Source: Escherichia phage vB_EcoM_D4
Sequence record: PP886228
Length of the DNA: 64,000 bases
Reading direction: 5' to 3' (one strand)
Shown piece by piece: positions 1 through 16,143 of the stretch. A model generated the notes under the pieces. The model ran no database searches. It had not been told where the DNA came from and worked only from the letters and a program-made list of their open reading frames with translations. How positions within the stretch are numbered: the first letter of the stretch is position 1; every line of letters starts with the position of its first letter. Made by a program: the position numbers and the translations under genes.

Positions 1-257
1 GAGATTTAATTCTTGAAGAGACAGGAGCTACAGTTCTAGATACTGGAGCTATCCCAAATGACTACACTTATCTTAATACAGATTTCGAAAATTCTGCACC
101 TCTTGTTGTAACTCTTGTAAAAAATTCAGTCCTGAAAGATGAACGTGGAGGTATTATTGAACGTGTCATTGTTGATGGTGAATTGGTTTACGAAGAAGGA
201 CAAGAGCCACCAGAATATACTATCCATCTAGATGTAGACTCCAAAGGGGTAAAATAA
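1..257 (+). CDS. C-terminal fragment of an upstream protein (5' end outside window)
   Basis: Frame open from window edge to TAA at 255-257, directly upstream of the sheath gene; no motif recognised. Confidence 0.35.
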   Translation, partial: DLILEETGATVLDTGAIPNDYTYLNTDFENSAPLVVTLVKNSVLKDERGGIIERVIVDGELVYEEGQEPPEYTIHLDVDSKGVK

Positions 258-1610
258 ATGTGGAATCCAATTGTTAATGTAGATATTACATTGAACACCG
301 CAGGAACTACAAGAGAAGGTTTTGGGCTACCACTATTTTTAGCTTCAACAGATAACTTTGAAGAAAGAGTCCGTGGTTACACTTCCTTAACTGAAGTTGC
401 TGAAGATTTCGATGAAAACTCTGCTGCATATAAGGCTGCTAAACAACTTTGGAGTCAGACTCCTAAAGTAACCCAGCTTTATATTGGTAGACGTGCTATG
501 CAGTACACTGTATCAATTCCTGATGAGGTTACTGAGAGCACCGACTATTCTTTAACTGTAGCTGTTGGCGGTGGAGTTTCTCAACCATTCCAGTATACAG
601 CACAGACATCAGATACCGCTGAGAAAGTGCTACAGCAGTTCAAAACACAGATTGAAGCAGAACCTTCTGTAAAAGACCTTGTTACTGTCAATGTAACTGG
701 TGCTGGCGGTTCAGCAACAATGGTAATCACCAAAGCTGGCGACAATGACTTCGTGAAGGTTACTACTACAGCACAAACAGTGTCAATTGCAAGCACAACT
801 GCTGACACAGCATCGACTGCTCTGGCAGCTATTGAAGCTTATTCAACTGACTGGTATTTCATTGCAGCAGAAGACAGAACTCAACAGTTTGTCTTAGCAA
901 TGGCTTCTGAGATTCAAGCTCGTAAGAAGATTTTCTTTACAGCTAACTCTGATGTAGCAGCACTGCAAGGTACAGAATTAGCCAGTGCAAATGACGTTCC
1001 AGCACAACTTGCTAAGAATAAGTACACTCGTACAGTTTGCTTGTGGCATCACACAGCAGCAGAAGATTATCCAGAAATGGCATACATCGCTTATGGTGCT
1101 CCATATGATGCAGGTTCAATTGCTTGGGGTAACGCACAGTTAACTGGTGTAGCTGCTTCTCTACAGCCATCTAATCAGAGACCTCTGACAAGTATTCAGA
1201 AGTCAGCTTTAGATGCACGTCACTGTAACTTTATTGACCTTGATGGTGGTGTTCCAGTGGTTCGTAGAGGGATTACTTCTGGTGGGGAATGGATTGATAT
1301 CATCCGTGGTGTTGACTGGTTAGAATCAGACCTGAAAACTTCTCTGAGAGACTTGCTAATTAACCAGAAGGGTGGTAAGATTACTTATGATGATACTGGT
1401 ATTACCCGTATTCGTCAAGTCATTGAAACCTCTCTGCAAAGAGCAGTCAACAGAAACTTCCTGTCATCTTACACAGTTAATGTTCCTAAAGCCTCTCAAG
1501 TTGCTTTGGCAGACAAGAAAGCTCGCATCCTGAAAGATGTTACCTTCGCAGGTATCTTAGCAGGGGCTATCTTGGATGTTGACTTGAAAGGTACAGTGGC
1601 TTACGAATAA
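258..1610 (+). CDS. tail sheath protein
   Basis: 450-aa ORF heading a sheath-tube-chaperone-tape measure-baseplate gene order; call by size and synteny. Confidence 0.6.
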   Translation: MWNPIVNVDITLNTAGTTREGFGLPLFLASTDNFEERVRGYTSLTEVAEDFDENSAAYKAAKQLWSQTPKVTQLYIGRRAMQYTVSIPDEVTESTDYSLTVAVGGGVSQPFQYTAQTSDTAEKVLQQFKTQIEAEPSVKDLVTVNVTGAGGSATMVITKAGDNDFVKVTTTAQTVSIASTTADTASTALAAIEAYSTDWYFIAAEDRTQQFVLAMASEIQARKKIFFTANSDVAALQGTELASANDVPAQLAKNKYTRTVCLWHHTAAEDYPEMAYIAYGAPYDAGSIAWGNAQLTGVAASLQPSNQRPLTSIQKSALDARHCNFIDLDGGVPVVRRGITSGGEWIDIIRGVDWLESDLKTSLRDLLINQKGGKITYDDTGITRIRQVIETSLQRAVNRNFLSSYTVNVPKASQVALADKKARILKDVTFAGILAGAILDVDLKGTVAYE

Positions 1611-1625
1611 TAGAGGTAAATTGGA

Positions 1626-2072
1626 ATGGCTATGTATCAGCAATATTCCCCTAAAGACGTTGTGTGTAGCTGGAATGGTATTGCCATTGAAGGCTTTGCC
1701 CCAGACTCATTCTTACGTCTACAGAGAACATCACCACTTGTGACACCAGTTGTAGGTGCAGGTGGTCAAGTTGCTCTGACAAGAAATGCAGACAAGACAG
1801 GTACTATTGAGATTGAGCTAATGCAGACTTCTCTCTCTAATCAGATGCTTTCTGCAATTCAAGCTAAACAAGACAATATGGAACTTGAAGAAGATATCTC
1901 TTCTAACTTCGTAATCTACGACCCATCAGGCTCTGTTCTGGCAACTGGTATTAATGCTTGGTTGCAGGAACTACCACAGATTGAACTTGGTCGTGACCAG
2001 AACTCTAAAACTTGGATTTTTGGTTGTGAGAAGCTAGACTACACTTCTACAATTCCAGCGTCAAGTGTTTAA
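1626..2072 (+). CDS. tail tube protein
   Basis: 148-aa ORF immediately after sheath and followed by a terminator hairpin, typical for the tube gene. Confidence 0.55.
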   Translation: MAMYQQYSPKDVVCSWNGIAIEGFAPDSFLRLQRTSPLVTPVVGAGGQVALTRNADKTGTIEIELMQTSLSNQMLSAIQAKQDNMELEEDISSNFVIYDPSGSVLATGINAWLQELPQIELGRDQNSKTWIFGCEKLDYTSTIPASSV

Positions 2073-2083
2073 TAAATCCTATA

Positions 2084-2118
2084 AGGGGGAGACTTTAAAA
2101 GGTCTTCCCCTTTTTTGT
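2084..2118 (+). terminator. rho-independent terminator after tube gene
   Basis: GC hairpin gggggagac...gtcttcccc followed by TTTTTTG. Confidence 0.5.
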
Positions 2119-2145
2119 TTCTTTTAAAAGTATTAAGGAATCACA

Positions 2146-2544
2146 ATGAAAACAGAATCTAGAGTAATTAATGGTAAGAAAGTAAACATCATTCTGCTTG
2201 GGGCAAGAGATGGTATTAAGATGTCTATGAAGTTGGGTAAAATTGTTGTTCCAACATTTGCACAGATGCTGTCAAGCCTGACTGATAAAGATAAGAAAGA
2301 AGCTCCGATGGTTCCGTTTAAAGAACTTGTTGAAGCTTGTTTTGACAGAATTGAAGAAATTAACCTTGAAGAAATGGCTACCCTGTTATTTCAAGGGGCA
2401 ACTGTTGATGACTTCCCACTTAATATTGATACATACTTCCAAGCAAACTATGGTGAATTTATTGATTACTTAGCATTTGCGCTGGAGGCAAACTTCGGAA
2501 GTTTTTTCGAAGCAAGCATTTTCAAAAGCCTAACTTCTCAGTAA
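2146..2544 (+). CDS. tail assembly chaperone (gpG-like)
   Basis: 132-aa ORF between tube and tape measure; slippery T TTT TTC near its 3' end. Confidence 0.5.
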   Translation: MKTESRVINGKKVNIILLGARDGIKMSMKLGKIVVPTFAQMLSSLTDKDKKEAPMVPFKELVEACFDRIEEINLEEMATLLFQGATVDDFPLNIDTYFQANYGEFIDYLAFALEANFGSFFEASIFKSLTSQ

Positions 2545-2546
2545 AC

Positions 2547-2785
2547 ATGGGTAATACTCTACAGACACCACTGACTGATGCTGCTGTAGAGGCAACCTAT
2601 GAAGAAGCAGACGAGATGAAATTTGTGCTTGCTATTTATGGTATGGAAGGGTGTAAAGAAACACTTGACCAACTCTTTGCTATGACATTCTCTGATTTAT
2701 TATCATTGAGACAATTTCTTGAGATTCAGAGGTCGTATAAAGAGGAAATTGCTTACAACGAACTTAGAAGAGCAGGAAAAATGTA

Positions 2786-2786
<1 letters not shown>
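2547..2786 (+). CDS. chaperone extension ORF (gpGT-like -1 frame)
   Basis: -1 frame is open from 2466 to 2786 and overlaps the end of the chaperone ORF; standard G/GT arrangement. Confidence 0.45.
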
Positions 2787-8170
<5,384 letters not shown>

Positions 8171-8171
<1 letters not shown>

Positions 8172-9640
8172 TGGCAGGACTAACTACAACAGGATTACAA
8201 ACTCTAAGATATCAGGAGATTTTTGATAATATCAAATCAAGACTTCTTAGAGATATTTCACCAAACCTTGACGTTTCTGAAGATAGTCAATTAGGACTCT
8301 TCCTAGCTTCAATTGCAAGGTCTTTAGCAGATACTCATGAGATTCTATCAGAAGTCTACGATGGGGGTACAATTGATAAGGCTGAAGGCTTTAACCTTGA
8401 TGATATTACAGCTTTAAATGCGGTATACAGATATGTTGCTCAGGCAACAAGAGGTCAAGTTGAGTTTACTGGAACGACTGGTGCTACCATTCCTTCAACA
8501 ACAAGATTAAGAAGTACTGCCGGAAACATCTTTTATCCAGTTAATAATATTACCCTTACTCCATCATATTGTGTTGAAGCTGTCCTTGAAGTTAACTCTT
8601 TACGAACTGATGCAGATTATGTTATTATTATTGATAACGTCATTTTCTCATATAAACCAACCTCATCAGACACAATCACCACGCTTCTAACAAAATTGGC
8701 AGAGGCTATTAATGGTGGTATTGTAGCAAAAGCAGAAGTCATTAATGATGGAGCCGCATTAAGAGTCTATAAAGATGAGGGCGATATCATTGCAAGAACA
8801 AACCCTATGGTTGTCACTGCAACAACGTTTCTGACCTTTACAAAAATTACAACTATTTCAGATGTAGTAGCTGAAGAGGTGGGTGCTACCCCTGCTTTGG
8901 CTGGTACACTTATTGAGATTGAGACAACTGTTGATGGTCTTGACAGTATTTATAACAGGTATGACTTAACAACTGGTAGAAACGAAGAAACTGACACAGA
9001 ACTTAGACAGAGATATTTAGAATCTTTAGCAGTTACTGGTGTAGGGACTTTGGATGCAATTGTAGCTGCTGTTAAAAGAGTTCAAGGTGTCTCAGATGCT
9101 TCAGGTGTTGAGAATGATACTGAAGAGACAAGCTCAGAAGGTCTTCCACCAAAATCTTTTAAGATTGTTGTAGTTGGTGGTCAAAATGATAATGTTGCTC
9201 AAGCAATCTGGGATACAAAACCTGCTGGTATTAGGGCTTATGGCTCAATTTTTGGTACAGCCCATGATTTAGGTGGTTTGGCACATAATATTTATTTTAG
9301 CAGACCAACACCAAAATACGCATTTGTTAAAGTCTCTTACTCTTTATATGATGAAGAAAGCTTGACAATCCCTGAAGAGGATATCAGAGACAGCATTGTA
9401 CAAGGTATTAATGCCTACGGAAGAACTCTTAAGGTTGGTAATGATGTTATCCCTAACAGAATCTATGGACATATCTATGACGTAATTAAAGGTATTGAGA
9501 TTAATGAAGTTAAAGTAGCATTATCAAATAGCCAATCAGTTCCACCTAGTGACGGGCAGTATACTACAGCAAGAATTACTGTTGACGGTGACCAATATAC
9601 TGTTTGGGAAAGCAGTCAGTATACCATCACTAAGGAGTAA
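8171..9640 (+). CDS. baseplate J-like protein
   Basis: 489-aa ORF after W-like gene, coupled starts; synteny with baseplate J/gp6 family. Confidence 0.5.
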
Positions 9641-9642
9641 TA

Positions 9643-10497
9643 ATGTTTGAAAAGATTGATAGTGTTTATTACAAAACACTTGATGAAAGGACTGTAACAC
9701 AGTTTAAAGATAAATTTATCTATACAAGTATCTTGAAAGCAATCACTGATGAGTTACAAACTCTAGAGGATGTTTGCTGGCAGATGCACACAGAGAGAAA
9801 TATCAGGACGTCAGTAGGACAACAACTGGATAATATTGGCTCACTGATTAAAGTTCCTAGACCTTTAGGTGCAGATGATGAAACATATAGAGCTATGCTT
9901 TATATCCAAATCTTCCTAAGACGCTCTGACACCACCCCAACATTCTTGCAAAAAGCAATTATGACACTATATGGTGCAACTTTCTCTCAGATTTTTGAGC
10001 ATATTACTCCTAAGACTGGTGGTATCGTTATCCGTATCAACACTAGGAAAAGCGTTCTAGATGCTGCATATACACTGTCAAAGATTTCTGCAACAACTAC
10101 TGGCTCCGCTGTTATCTTAAGAGATGTTACTTTAAAAGGAACTGCTTGGACTCCTGTAGAGGTTGCTGATTCATCACTTGCTATTGTTGATGATAAAGAG
10201 AACTGGTTTGTAACTGACGCTAACAGAGGTCTTGTCACAAATAACACTGGTGGCTCTCTGGAGTCCAACCTAGTAGGGAGCCTTGCAGATGCTGGTGTTA
10301 TTGATGGTTACTTTAAGGTTGACAGAACAGCAAACTCACAGAGTGATGATTATATGACTGTAGATAGGTCTAATAACAGTGGATATTTCATCGTTGGTAA
10401 AGAAGCTATCGCAGGTGGTGCATACGGAATCATGGCTGAGGTTGCACAAATTGTCAAAGGCAGAAAAGATAAATCACAACAAGAAGGAAATTCTTAA
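9643..10497 (+). CDS. baseplate/tail-fibre-associated protein (gpI-like)
   Basis: 284-aa ORF after J-like gene; position only. Confidence 0.35.
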   Translation: MFEKIDSVYYKTLDERTVTQFKDKFIYTSILKAITDELQTLEDVCWQMHTERNIRTSVGQQLDNIGSLIKVPRPLGADDETYRAMLYIQIFLRRSDTTPTFLQKAIMTLYGATFSQIFEHITPKTGGIVIRINTRKSVLDAAYTLSKISATTTGSAVILRDVTLKGTAWTPVEVADSSLAIVDDKENWFVTDANRGLVTNNTGGSLESNLVGSLADAGVIDGYFKVDRTANSQSDDYMTVDRSNNSGYFIVGKEAIAGGAYGIMAEVAQIVKGRKDKSQQEGNS

Positions 10498-10799
10498 TGG
10501 CAGTTTTAAATTGGTCTACAAATGAAGTAGATACTGATGGTAACCAGTTAAAAGTTTTACCACCACCGGAAGTTCAAGAGACAGGTCTTTTAAAGGGTGA
10601 ACCTATGGGTAGACAGTGGTTCAACTATATTATCAACTACCTGCTTAATAAAGTAAACGGCACTGTTGGTGAAGTTCGCTCATATGCAACTGAGCAACCA
10701 GATTTAGTGGCTAATGGCTGGAATCTGATTAAGTCTGAGACAGGGACTGCATCAACAAGTACAAGAAACCTTTACACATATGAATATGTAGGAGCTTAA
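10497..10799 (+). CDS. tail fibre-associated small protein
   Basis: 100-aa ORF coupled upstream of fibre gene. Confidence 0.3.
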   Translation: MAVLNWSTNEVDTDGNQLKVLPPPEVQETGLLKGEPMGRQWFNYIINYLLNKVNGTVGEVRSYATEQPDLVANGWNLIKSETGTASTSTRNLYTYEYVGA

Positions 10800-10801
10800 T
10801 A

Positions 10802-11977
10802 ATGGCAGTAGGTGAAATTCAAATTAGTGCCTTGCCACAAGCGGCCTTACCAGTTGATTTAAGTGATATCTTCCATCTCAAGCAAGGTGTTGAGGATAAA
10901 AGATGTACGCTTGAACAGTTGTTAGCACCTCACGCATCTCTGAGGAATAACCCTCATGGTGTAACTAAATCACAAGTTGGTCTTGATAATGTTATTAACT
11001 CTCTTCAATTAGTTGCAGCTAATAACTTGTCAGATATTGTAAGTGTTGCTGAGGCAAGAGCAAATCTACAAATTATGTCGTCAGAGGAAGTGAATAACTT
11101 AATTCAGCAACATATTGACGACAAAAGTAACCCACACAATACAACGAAAGCACAGGTTGGTTTAAGTAATGTTCAGAACTGGACAACATCTAATCTGTAC
11201 AATGAAGATGCTGATAAGTATGCTACCGCGAAAGCAGTTAATAATTTATATAAAGCTATCCAAGCGTCATATCCAGTAGGGACTATTCATCTATCTGTTA
11301 ACTCTGCTAACCCATCCACTTACTTGCTTTGTGGAGGTACTTGGGAGTTAGTTTCTAAAGGTAGAGCATTAGTTGGTTATGATACAGATTCTAGACCTGT
11401 TGGTTCAACGTTTGGTTCTCAGACTGTAGCATTAACAAATAATAATTTACCAGCACATACTCACTCTATCTATCTAACAGGTGGTGGTCATACACACTCT
11501 GCAAGTGTATCTATCTCTAGTTTTGATTATGGTTCAAAAAGTACATCAACTTTTGATTACGGTACAAAAACGACTAATAGTGCTGGTGCTCACACTCACA
11601 CGTTTAGTGGCACAACAAGTAATGCTGGTAACCACAACCATAGAGTCCCTATGAGGGGTAATGATAGGGGTGGCACAAACGCTATTACTGCATCTGCTGA
11701 TGCTGGTGTTGGTAATGCTATGTATACTGATTTAGCTGGTGCTCACACCCATAGCTTCTCAGGTACAACTGCATCATCTGGTGCTCATAGCCATACTGTC
11801 GCAATTGGTGCTCACAGCCACACTGTTAATATTGGTTCGCACAGTCATACAGGCACTGTTACTGTTTCTAGCTCTGAGCATACACACTCAGGGACATCTG
11901 GTTCTGTTGGTGGTGGTCAAGCTTTCAGTGTTGAGCAGCCATCTTTTGTAGTGTATGTGTGGCAGAGAACAGCTTAA
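10802..11977 (+). CDS. tail fibre protein with His-rich C-terminal tip
   Basis: Two NPH..TK.QVGL.NV repeats; C-terminal array of HTHS/HSHT motifs; C-terminus related to that of the next gene. Confidence 0.6.
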   Translation: MAVGEIQISALPQAALPVDLSDIFHLKQGVEDKRCTLEQLLAPHASLRNNPHGVTKSQVGLDNVINSLQLVAANNLSDIVSVAEARANLQIMSSEEVNNLIQQHIDDKSNPHNTTKAQVGLSNVQNWTTSNLYNEDADKYATAKAVNNLYKAIQASYPVGTIHLSVNSANPSTYLLCGGTWELVSKGRALVGYDTDSRPVGSTFGSQTVALTNNNLPAHTHSIYLTGGGHTHSASVSISSFDYGSKSTSTFDYGTKTTNSAGAHTHTFSGTTSNAGNHNHRVPMRGNDRGGTNAITASADAGVGNAMYTDLAGAHTHSFSGTTASSGAHSHTVAIGAHSHTVNIGSHSHTGTVTVSSSEHTHSGTSGSVGGGQAFSVEQPSFVVYVWQRTA

Positions 11978-11987
11978 TTTCTTTACA

Positions 11988-12008
11988 GGGGCTATAAAGC
12001 CCCTTTTA
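11988..12008 (+). terminator. hairpin ggggctataaagcccc plus T-run between fibre genes
   Basis: Perfect 6-bp stem followed by TTTT; preceded by TTTACA, same architecture as the class-B modules in the 57-60 kb array. Confidence 0.4.
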
Positions 12009-12023
12009 AGAGGAAAATTCATA

Positions 12024-14561
12024 ATGGCAGATTACAAATTGAGTCAGTTAAACTCAATCGACACAATTCGTTCAGAAGACCTATTGCACATCAGAGTTAA
12101 GAAAAGACCTGAAATGTTGGGTGACGAAGACCGTAGAATGACCTATCAAGACTTCTTAGCATCTTTTAAACTTGAAAGATTTGTTCAGATTGCTGGTAGT
12201 ACTATGACAGGTGACTTAGGGATTGTTAAGTTACTTTATGGTGGTAAGGCAGTATTTGACCCAACAGGCTCTTCTGAGGTTACTATTGGGGATATTTTAA
12301 AGACTTTTAAAATTAATTCAAATGGGCTTAAACTCACTATTGCAGATGCCACAAGGTCGGCAACTGTTTATCATACTTTGAACAAACCAAGCCCTAATGA
12401 ACTTGGCATGAGAACTAATGAAGAGAATGATGCAAGATATGCAAGGCTTGCTGTTACAAACACATTCTCTGGAACTCAGAACATTCAAGGTGATGCTAAC
12501 TTACTTCGCCTTAGAAACCGAAATGCAAACAATGCACAATACATTGAAGGTGTAAACCTAGATGGTTCAGCTAGATGGTGGGTTGGTATTGGTAGCAATG
12601 GTTCTGACGAAGTAAAACTGTACAATAACAAATACAACTCAGTCTTGACTGTTGCAAGTAATATCTCTGTTAATAAATCTTTAGCAATCACTGGACAAGT
12701 TCAACCTTCAGATTTCTCTAACTTAGATGCTAGATACTTCACTCAGACAGTTGCTAATCAGAGATTTGCACAGTTAGCTGGCAATAATACTTTTACAGGT
12801 GCTAACACTTTCACTAGCCTTGTTGTTAAGAAGAATGCTAATGCTATTACTTTGCAGAATACTGATACAAGTACAGCACTTTACATTCTCGGTAAGAAGT
12901 CTGATGGAACAAATAAATGGTATGTTGGTACAGATTCTGACGAGACACGTCTGAACATTTATAACTACCTTACAGGTTCACAGGTTTCACTAGGTACTAC
13001 TATTGGTATCAATAAGACTGTGCAAATCACTGGACAAGTTCAACCTTCGGATTGGGCTAATATCGATTCTAGATATATTCCGGCAGCAACATTAAGTACG
13101 ATTGCAAGAACTAATGCTGCTAATACATTCTCTGCACAACAGGTTATCAACGCTGATGGTGAAGCTCTTGCGTTAAAAGCAAAAACTGCAACGTCATTAT
13201 TTATTAGAGGTAAGGATGTTGATGGAACCAGCAAGTGGTATGTTGGTAATGGTGATGCCAGTGATATCTTAAACCTGTATAACTACAAGACAGGTAAAGG
13301 GCTTAACATTGGTTCAGTATTTGAAATGAATGCAACTTTAGCAATCACTGGACAAGTTCAACCTTCTGATTGGGCTAATATTGATGCAAGATACTTTACG
13401 CAAAGTGCTAGTGATGGTAGATACCTGAGAGTCAGAAGTACTGGCTTCAATAATGGAAACGTTGAAAAGTGGGCTAAAATTGCTACTGTCGTTATGCCGC
13501 AATCCGCATCTACTGCGGTGATTGAAGTGTTTGGTGGGTCTGGTTTTAATGTTAACGCACCACACCAAGCAGGTAAGTGTGAGATTATTTTACGAACATC
13601 AAACAATAACCCAAAGGGTTTAAATGTTGTAGCTTGGAGAACCGCAGAGAATACCATTGTCACAGATATTGGTTATGTTAACACATCTGGCGACACTTAT
13701 GATATTTACTGTAGGGTCGGTACGTACCAAAATGGTACAACATCAAGAGTTCAATCTTCTAGCAATGCAAGTGTGCAGCTATTTGAAGTCCCACAAACGT
13801 TTGATGATGCCCCACAAGGTATTGTGAAGGGTACAATTGCAAAATACTACACAAGTTTGCAAAAGCCAACCCCTTCAGATATCGGTGCATATACTAAAGC
13901 TGAAACTGACCAGAAAATTGCAGAAGCAATCAGTGACTCTACAGACCTGAATAAAATCTATCCAGTCGGTATTGTGACGTGGTTTAACAGTAATGTTAAC
14001 CCTAATACAGCACTTCCTGGTCTAACTTGGACGTACCTGAACAATGGTGTTGGCAGAACTATTAGAATTGCAGCAGCAAATGGCTCAGATGTTGCTACAA
14101 CTGGTGGTTCAGACTCTGTAACGTTATCTGTTGGTAACTTACCTTCACACACGCATAGTTTCTCTGCTACCACTTCATCATTTGATTATGGTACTAAGAC
14201 TTCTAGCACAACTGGTAACCATAACCACAACAGGGGGACTATGGAGATTACTGGTACAGTAGGTTACTTCAGAAGTGATTCTAGCAGCTTCTACACAGCA
14301 AGTGGTGCATTCACACTTGGTAGTTCAACTGCTTCTAAAGGTTTTACTGGTTCTAACTTCACTTATGGTATCCCTGCTAACTTCAATGCGTCAAGAACTT
14401 GGTCTGGTGTAACGAATACAACAGGTAACCACAGCCACACTGTTGGTATTGGTGCTCACAGCCACACAGTTAGCGGTAACACAGGTGGTACTGGTTCTGG
14501 TTCAGCATTTAGTGTTACTAACCAGTTCTACAAGTTAATGGCTTGGGTAAGAACTGCTTAA
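12024..14561 (+). CDS. long tail fibre protein
   Basis: Start moved to ATG 12024 (MADYKLSQ); three tandem repeats of about 115 aa each ending ITGQVQPSDWANIDARYFTQ; C-terminal HxH-rich domain ending AWVRTA like previous gene. Confidence 0.6.
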   Translation: MADYKLSQLNSIDTIRSEDLLHIRVKKRPEMLGDEDRRMTYQDFLASFKLERFVQIAGSTMTGDLGIVKLLYGGKAVFDPTGSSEVTIGDILKTFKINSNGLKLTIADATRSATVYHTLNKPSPNELGMRTNEENDARYARLAVTNTFSGTQNIQGDANLLRLRNRNANNAQYIEGVNLDGSARWWVGIGSNGSDEVKLYNNKYNSVLTVASNISVNKSLAITGQVQPSDFSNLDARYFTQTVANQRFAQLAGNNTFTGANTFTSLVVKKNANAITLQNTDTSTALYILGKKSDGTNKWYVGTDSDETRLNIYNYLTGSQVSLGTTIGINKTVQITGQVQPSDWANIDSRYIPAATLSTIARTNAANTFSAQQVINADGEALALKAKTATSLFIRGKDVDGTSKWYVGNGDASDILNLYNYKTGKGLNIGSVFEMNATLAITGQVQPSDWANIDARYFTQSASDGRYLRVRSTGFNNGNVEKWAKIATVVMPQSASTAVIEVFGGSGFNVNAPHQAGKCEIILRTSNNNPKGLNVVAWRTAENTIVTDIGYVNTSGDTYDIYCRVGTYQNGTTSRVQSSSNASVQLFEVPQTFDDAPQGIVKGTIAKYYTSLQKPTPSDIGAYTKAETDQKIAEAISDSTDLNKIYPVGIVTWFNSNVNPNTALPGLTWTYLNNGVGRTIRIAAANGSDVATTGGSDSVTLSVGNLPSHTHSFSATTSSFDYGTKTSSTTGNHNHNRGTMEITGTVGYFRSDSSSFYTASGAFTLGSSTASKGFTGSNFTYGIPANFNASRTWSGVTNTTGNHSHTVGIGAHSHTVSGNTGGTGSGSAFSVTNQFYKLMAWVRTA

Positions 14562-14640
14562 TCACTTGTTGACTGATTGTTAAGATGGTGTTAATATTCT
14601 TTATGGGTATTCTCACCATCTTGGCTGATGAGGTGATTAA

Positions 14641-14838
14641 ATGCCTACAATCCTAGCAATTCTTCTAAAAAATCTAGGTAGCTTCTTCTGGAAACTCATT
14701 TTATCCCTTCTAAGTGAATACATGATTGAGAAAGTGTTCTTTAGGCTTGCAAGATACCTTGCGAGTAAAACAGACACACCTATTGATGATGAGTTCGTAG
14801 ATAACTTAGAAAAAGCTTTTAAGGGGGAAAATAAATGA
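14641..14838 (+). CDS. small membrane protein
   Basis: 65 aa, one N-terminal hydrophobic helix, charged C-terminus; function unassigned. Confidence 0.3.
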   Translation: MPTILAILLKNLGSFFWKLILSLLSEYMIEKVFFRLARYLASKTDTPIDDEFVDNLEKAFKGENK

Positions 14839-15206
14839 AGTGGCTAGAGGAAGCTTTTAAAAATAATATTGGTGCAATTGTAGTTGGTATTTTTAGTGTT
14901 ATTGGGATGTATACCACCATGCAAGTTTCAAGTGGTAAACAAGAAGTGTCTGTCACAACAAAGTTACAGCAGCTAGATAACTATTCCAAAAGTAATTATT
15001 CAGCTATTCGTGATTTACAGTCTGACATGAGATTGATTCAGCTAGGGATGGAGAACCAGAAAGTTCAGTTAGAGAATGTTAAGGGTGAGAATGCAAAACT
15101 TACCAAAACTCTTGATAAGTTCTCTGATAGTGTGAACAATCTGGCTCAGTCAGTATCAGCCTTGCAAGCTATTACTGAAAAGAACACAAAGAATACTGAA
15201 AAGTAA
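14835..15206 (+). CDS. membrane-anchored coiled-coil protein
   Basis: 123 aa, N-terminal TM segment (IGAIVVGIFSVIGMY) then heptad-like region. Confidence 0.3.
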   Translation: MKWLEEAFKNNIGAIVVGIFSVIGMYTTMQVSSGKQEVSVTTKLQQLDNYSKSNYSAIRDLQSDMRLIQLGMENQKVQLENVKGENAKLTKTLDKFSDSVNNLAQSVSALQAITEKNTKNTEK

Positions 15207-15213
15207 AGTTTAA

Positions 15214-15239
15214 GGCTCCTTTTTACGGGAGCCTTTTTT
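15214..15239. terminator. bidirectional rho-independent terminator between convergent blocks
   Basis: ggctcc tttttac gggagcc hairpin flanked by A-run upstream and TTTTTT downstream; sits between + late block and - strand thyA. Confidence 0.6.
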
Positions 15240-15242
15240 GTT

Positions 15243-16142
15243 TTATTTACCTACTGACAAAGGTGCTTCAATCTTTCCTGCATGTTGGTAGTTGTTAATT
15301 CCACCGATAAAGTCACTTGCAGTGAGATGTTTTAGGTCACTTAAAGTATTAAGTTGTAAACCAATCTCAAAAGTAGGTGCATGGAACTCTTCATTGTTCA
15401 GTAGTTCATAAACCTGTTTCATGTGGTTCTGATAAATCTGGGTATCTCCAAAGACACCTATCAAGTACCGTGGAGTGTATCCAGTCATCTTACAAAGAAC
15501 TTCCAGAATAAAGCCATAAGATGCAATATTAAACGGAAGTCCTAAAAAGGTGTCTACAGAACGCTGATACCATTGTAAGTCAACTTCACCCTCGTTAGTG
15601 ATATAAATCTGAAACAGAACATGACAAGGTGCTAAAGCCATTGAGTTTGCTGCAATATCTGCTGCATTCCAAGCATTAACAAGCATGTAACGGTCTGTGA
15701 TATCACCCTTCATCTTTGTTACTAAGGTCTCTAACTGGTCTACAACACAACCATTATGACCTTCAAAGTTTCTCCACTGAACCCCGTAGATTCTTCCACC
15801 TGCATCTTCTAACCAATCTTGTTCAGAAGAGTAATTAGAGCTTAACCAGCGTTTAAAATCATCTGACCAGATTGTCCAACGTTCTCCATCATTTTCACCC
15901 CAAGTACGGTAACGGAGTTCACCCAACTTATTCTCACCATTCAGGAACCATAAAGCTTCCCCAATAACTTGCCGTGTGAACACCTGTTTAGATGTTAAGA
16001 GCGGGAAACCAGTTCGCATATCAAAACGAAACTGAGGTGGAGCAAAAGCAGAGATAACATCTCCAGTTCGTGTGGTACGCAGTTCACCAACGGATAAAAC
16101 ATGGTTCAGGATATTTTTGTAACTTGAATCTGCTTGTGACAT
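15243..16142 (-). CDS. thyA: thymidylate synthase
   Basis: Motifs LPFNIASYGF, LAPCHVLFQIY, GDTQIYQNH match ThyA signatures. Confidence 0.85.
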   Translation of the reverse strand: MSQADSSYKNILNHVLSVGELRTTRTGDVISAFAPPQFRFDMRTGFPLLTSKQVFTRQVIGEALWFLNGENKLGELRYRTWGENDGERWTIWSDDFKRWLSSNYSSEQDWLEDAGGRIYGVQWRNFEGHNGCVVDQLETLVTKMKGDITDRYMLVNAWNAADIAANSMALAPCHVLFQIYITNEGEVDLQWYQRSVDTFLGLPFNIASYGFILEVLCKMTGYTPRYLIGVFGDTQIYQNHMKQVYELLNNEEFHAPTFEIGLQLNTLSDLKHLTASDFIGGINNYQHAGKIEAPLSVGK

Positions 16143-16143
16143 A

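Noticed and set aside
11739-11951. Plus-strand ORF overlapping the tail fibre His-rich domain in another frame
   Set aside because: Low-complexity Leu-rich translation produced by the repetitive HxH-encoding DNA; no start context.
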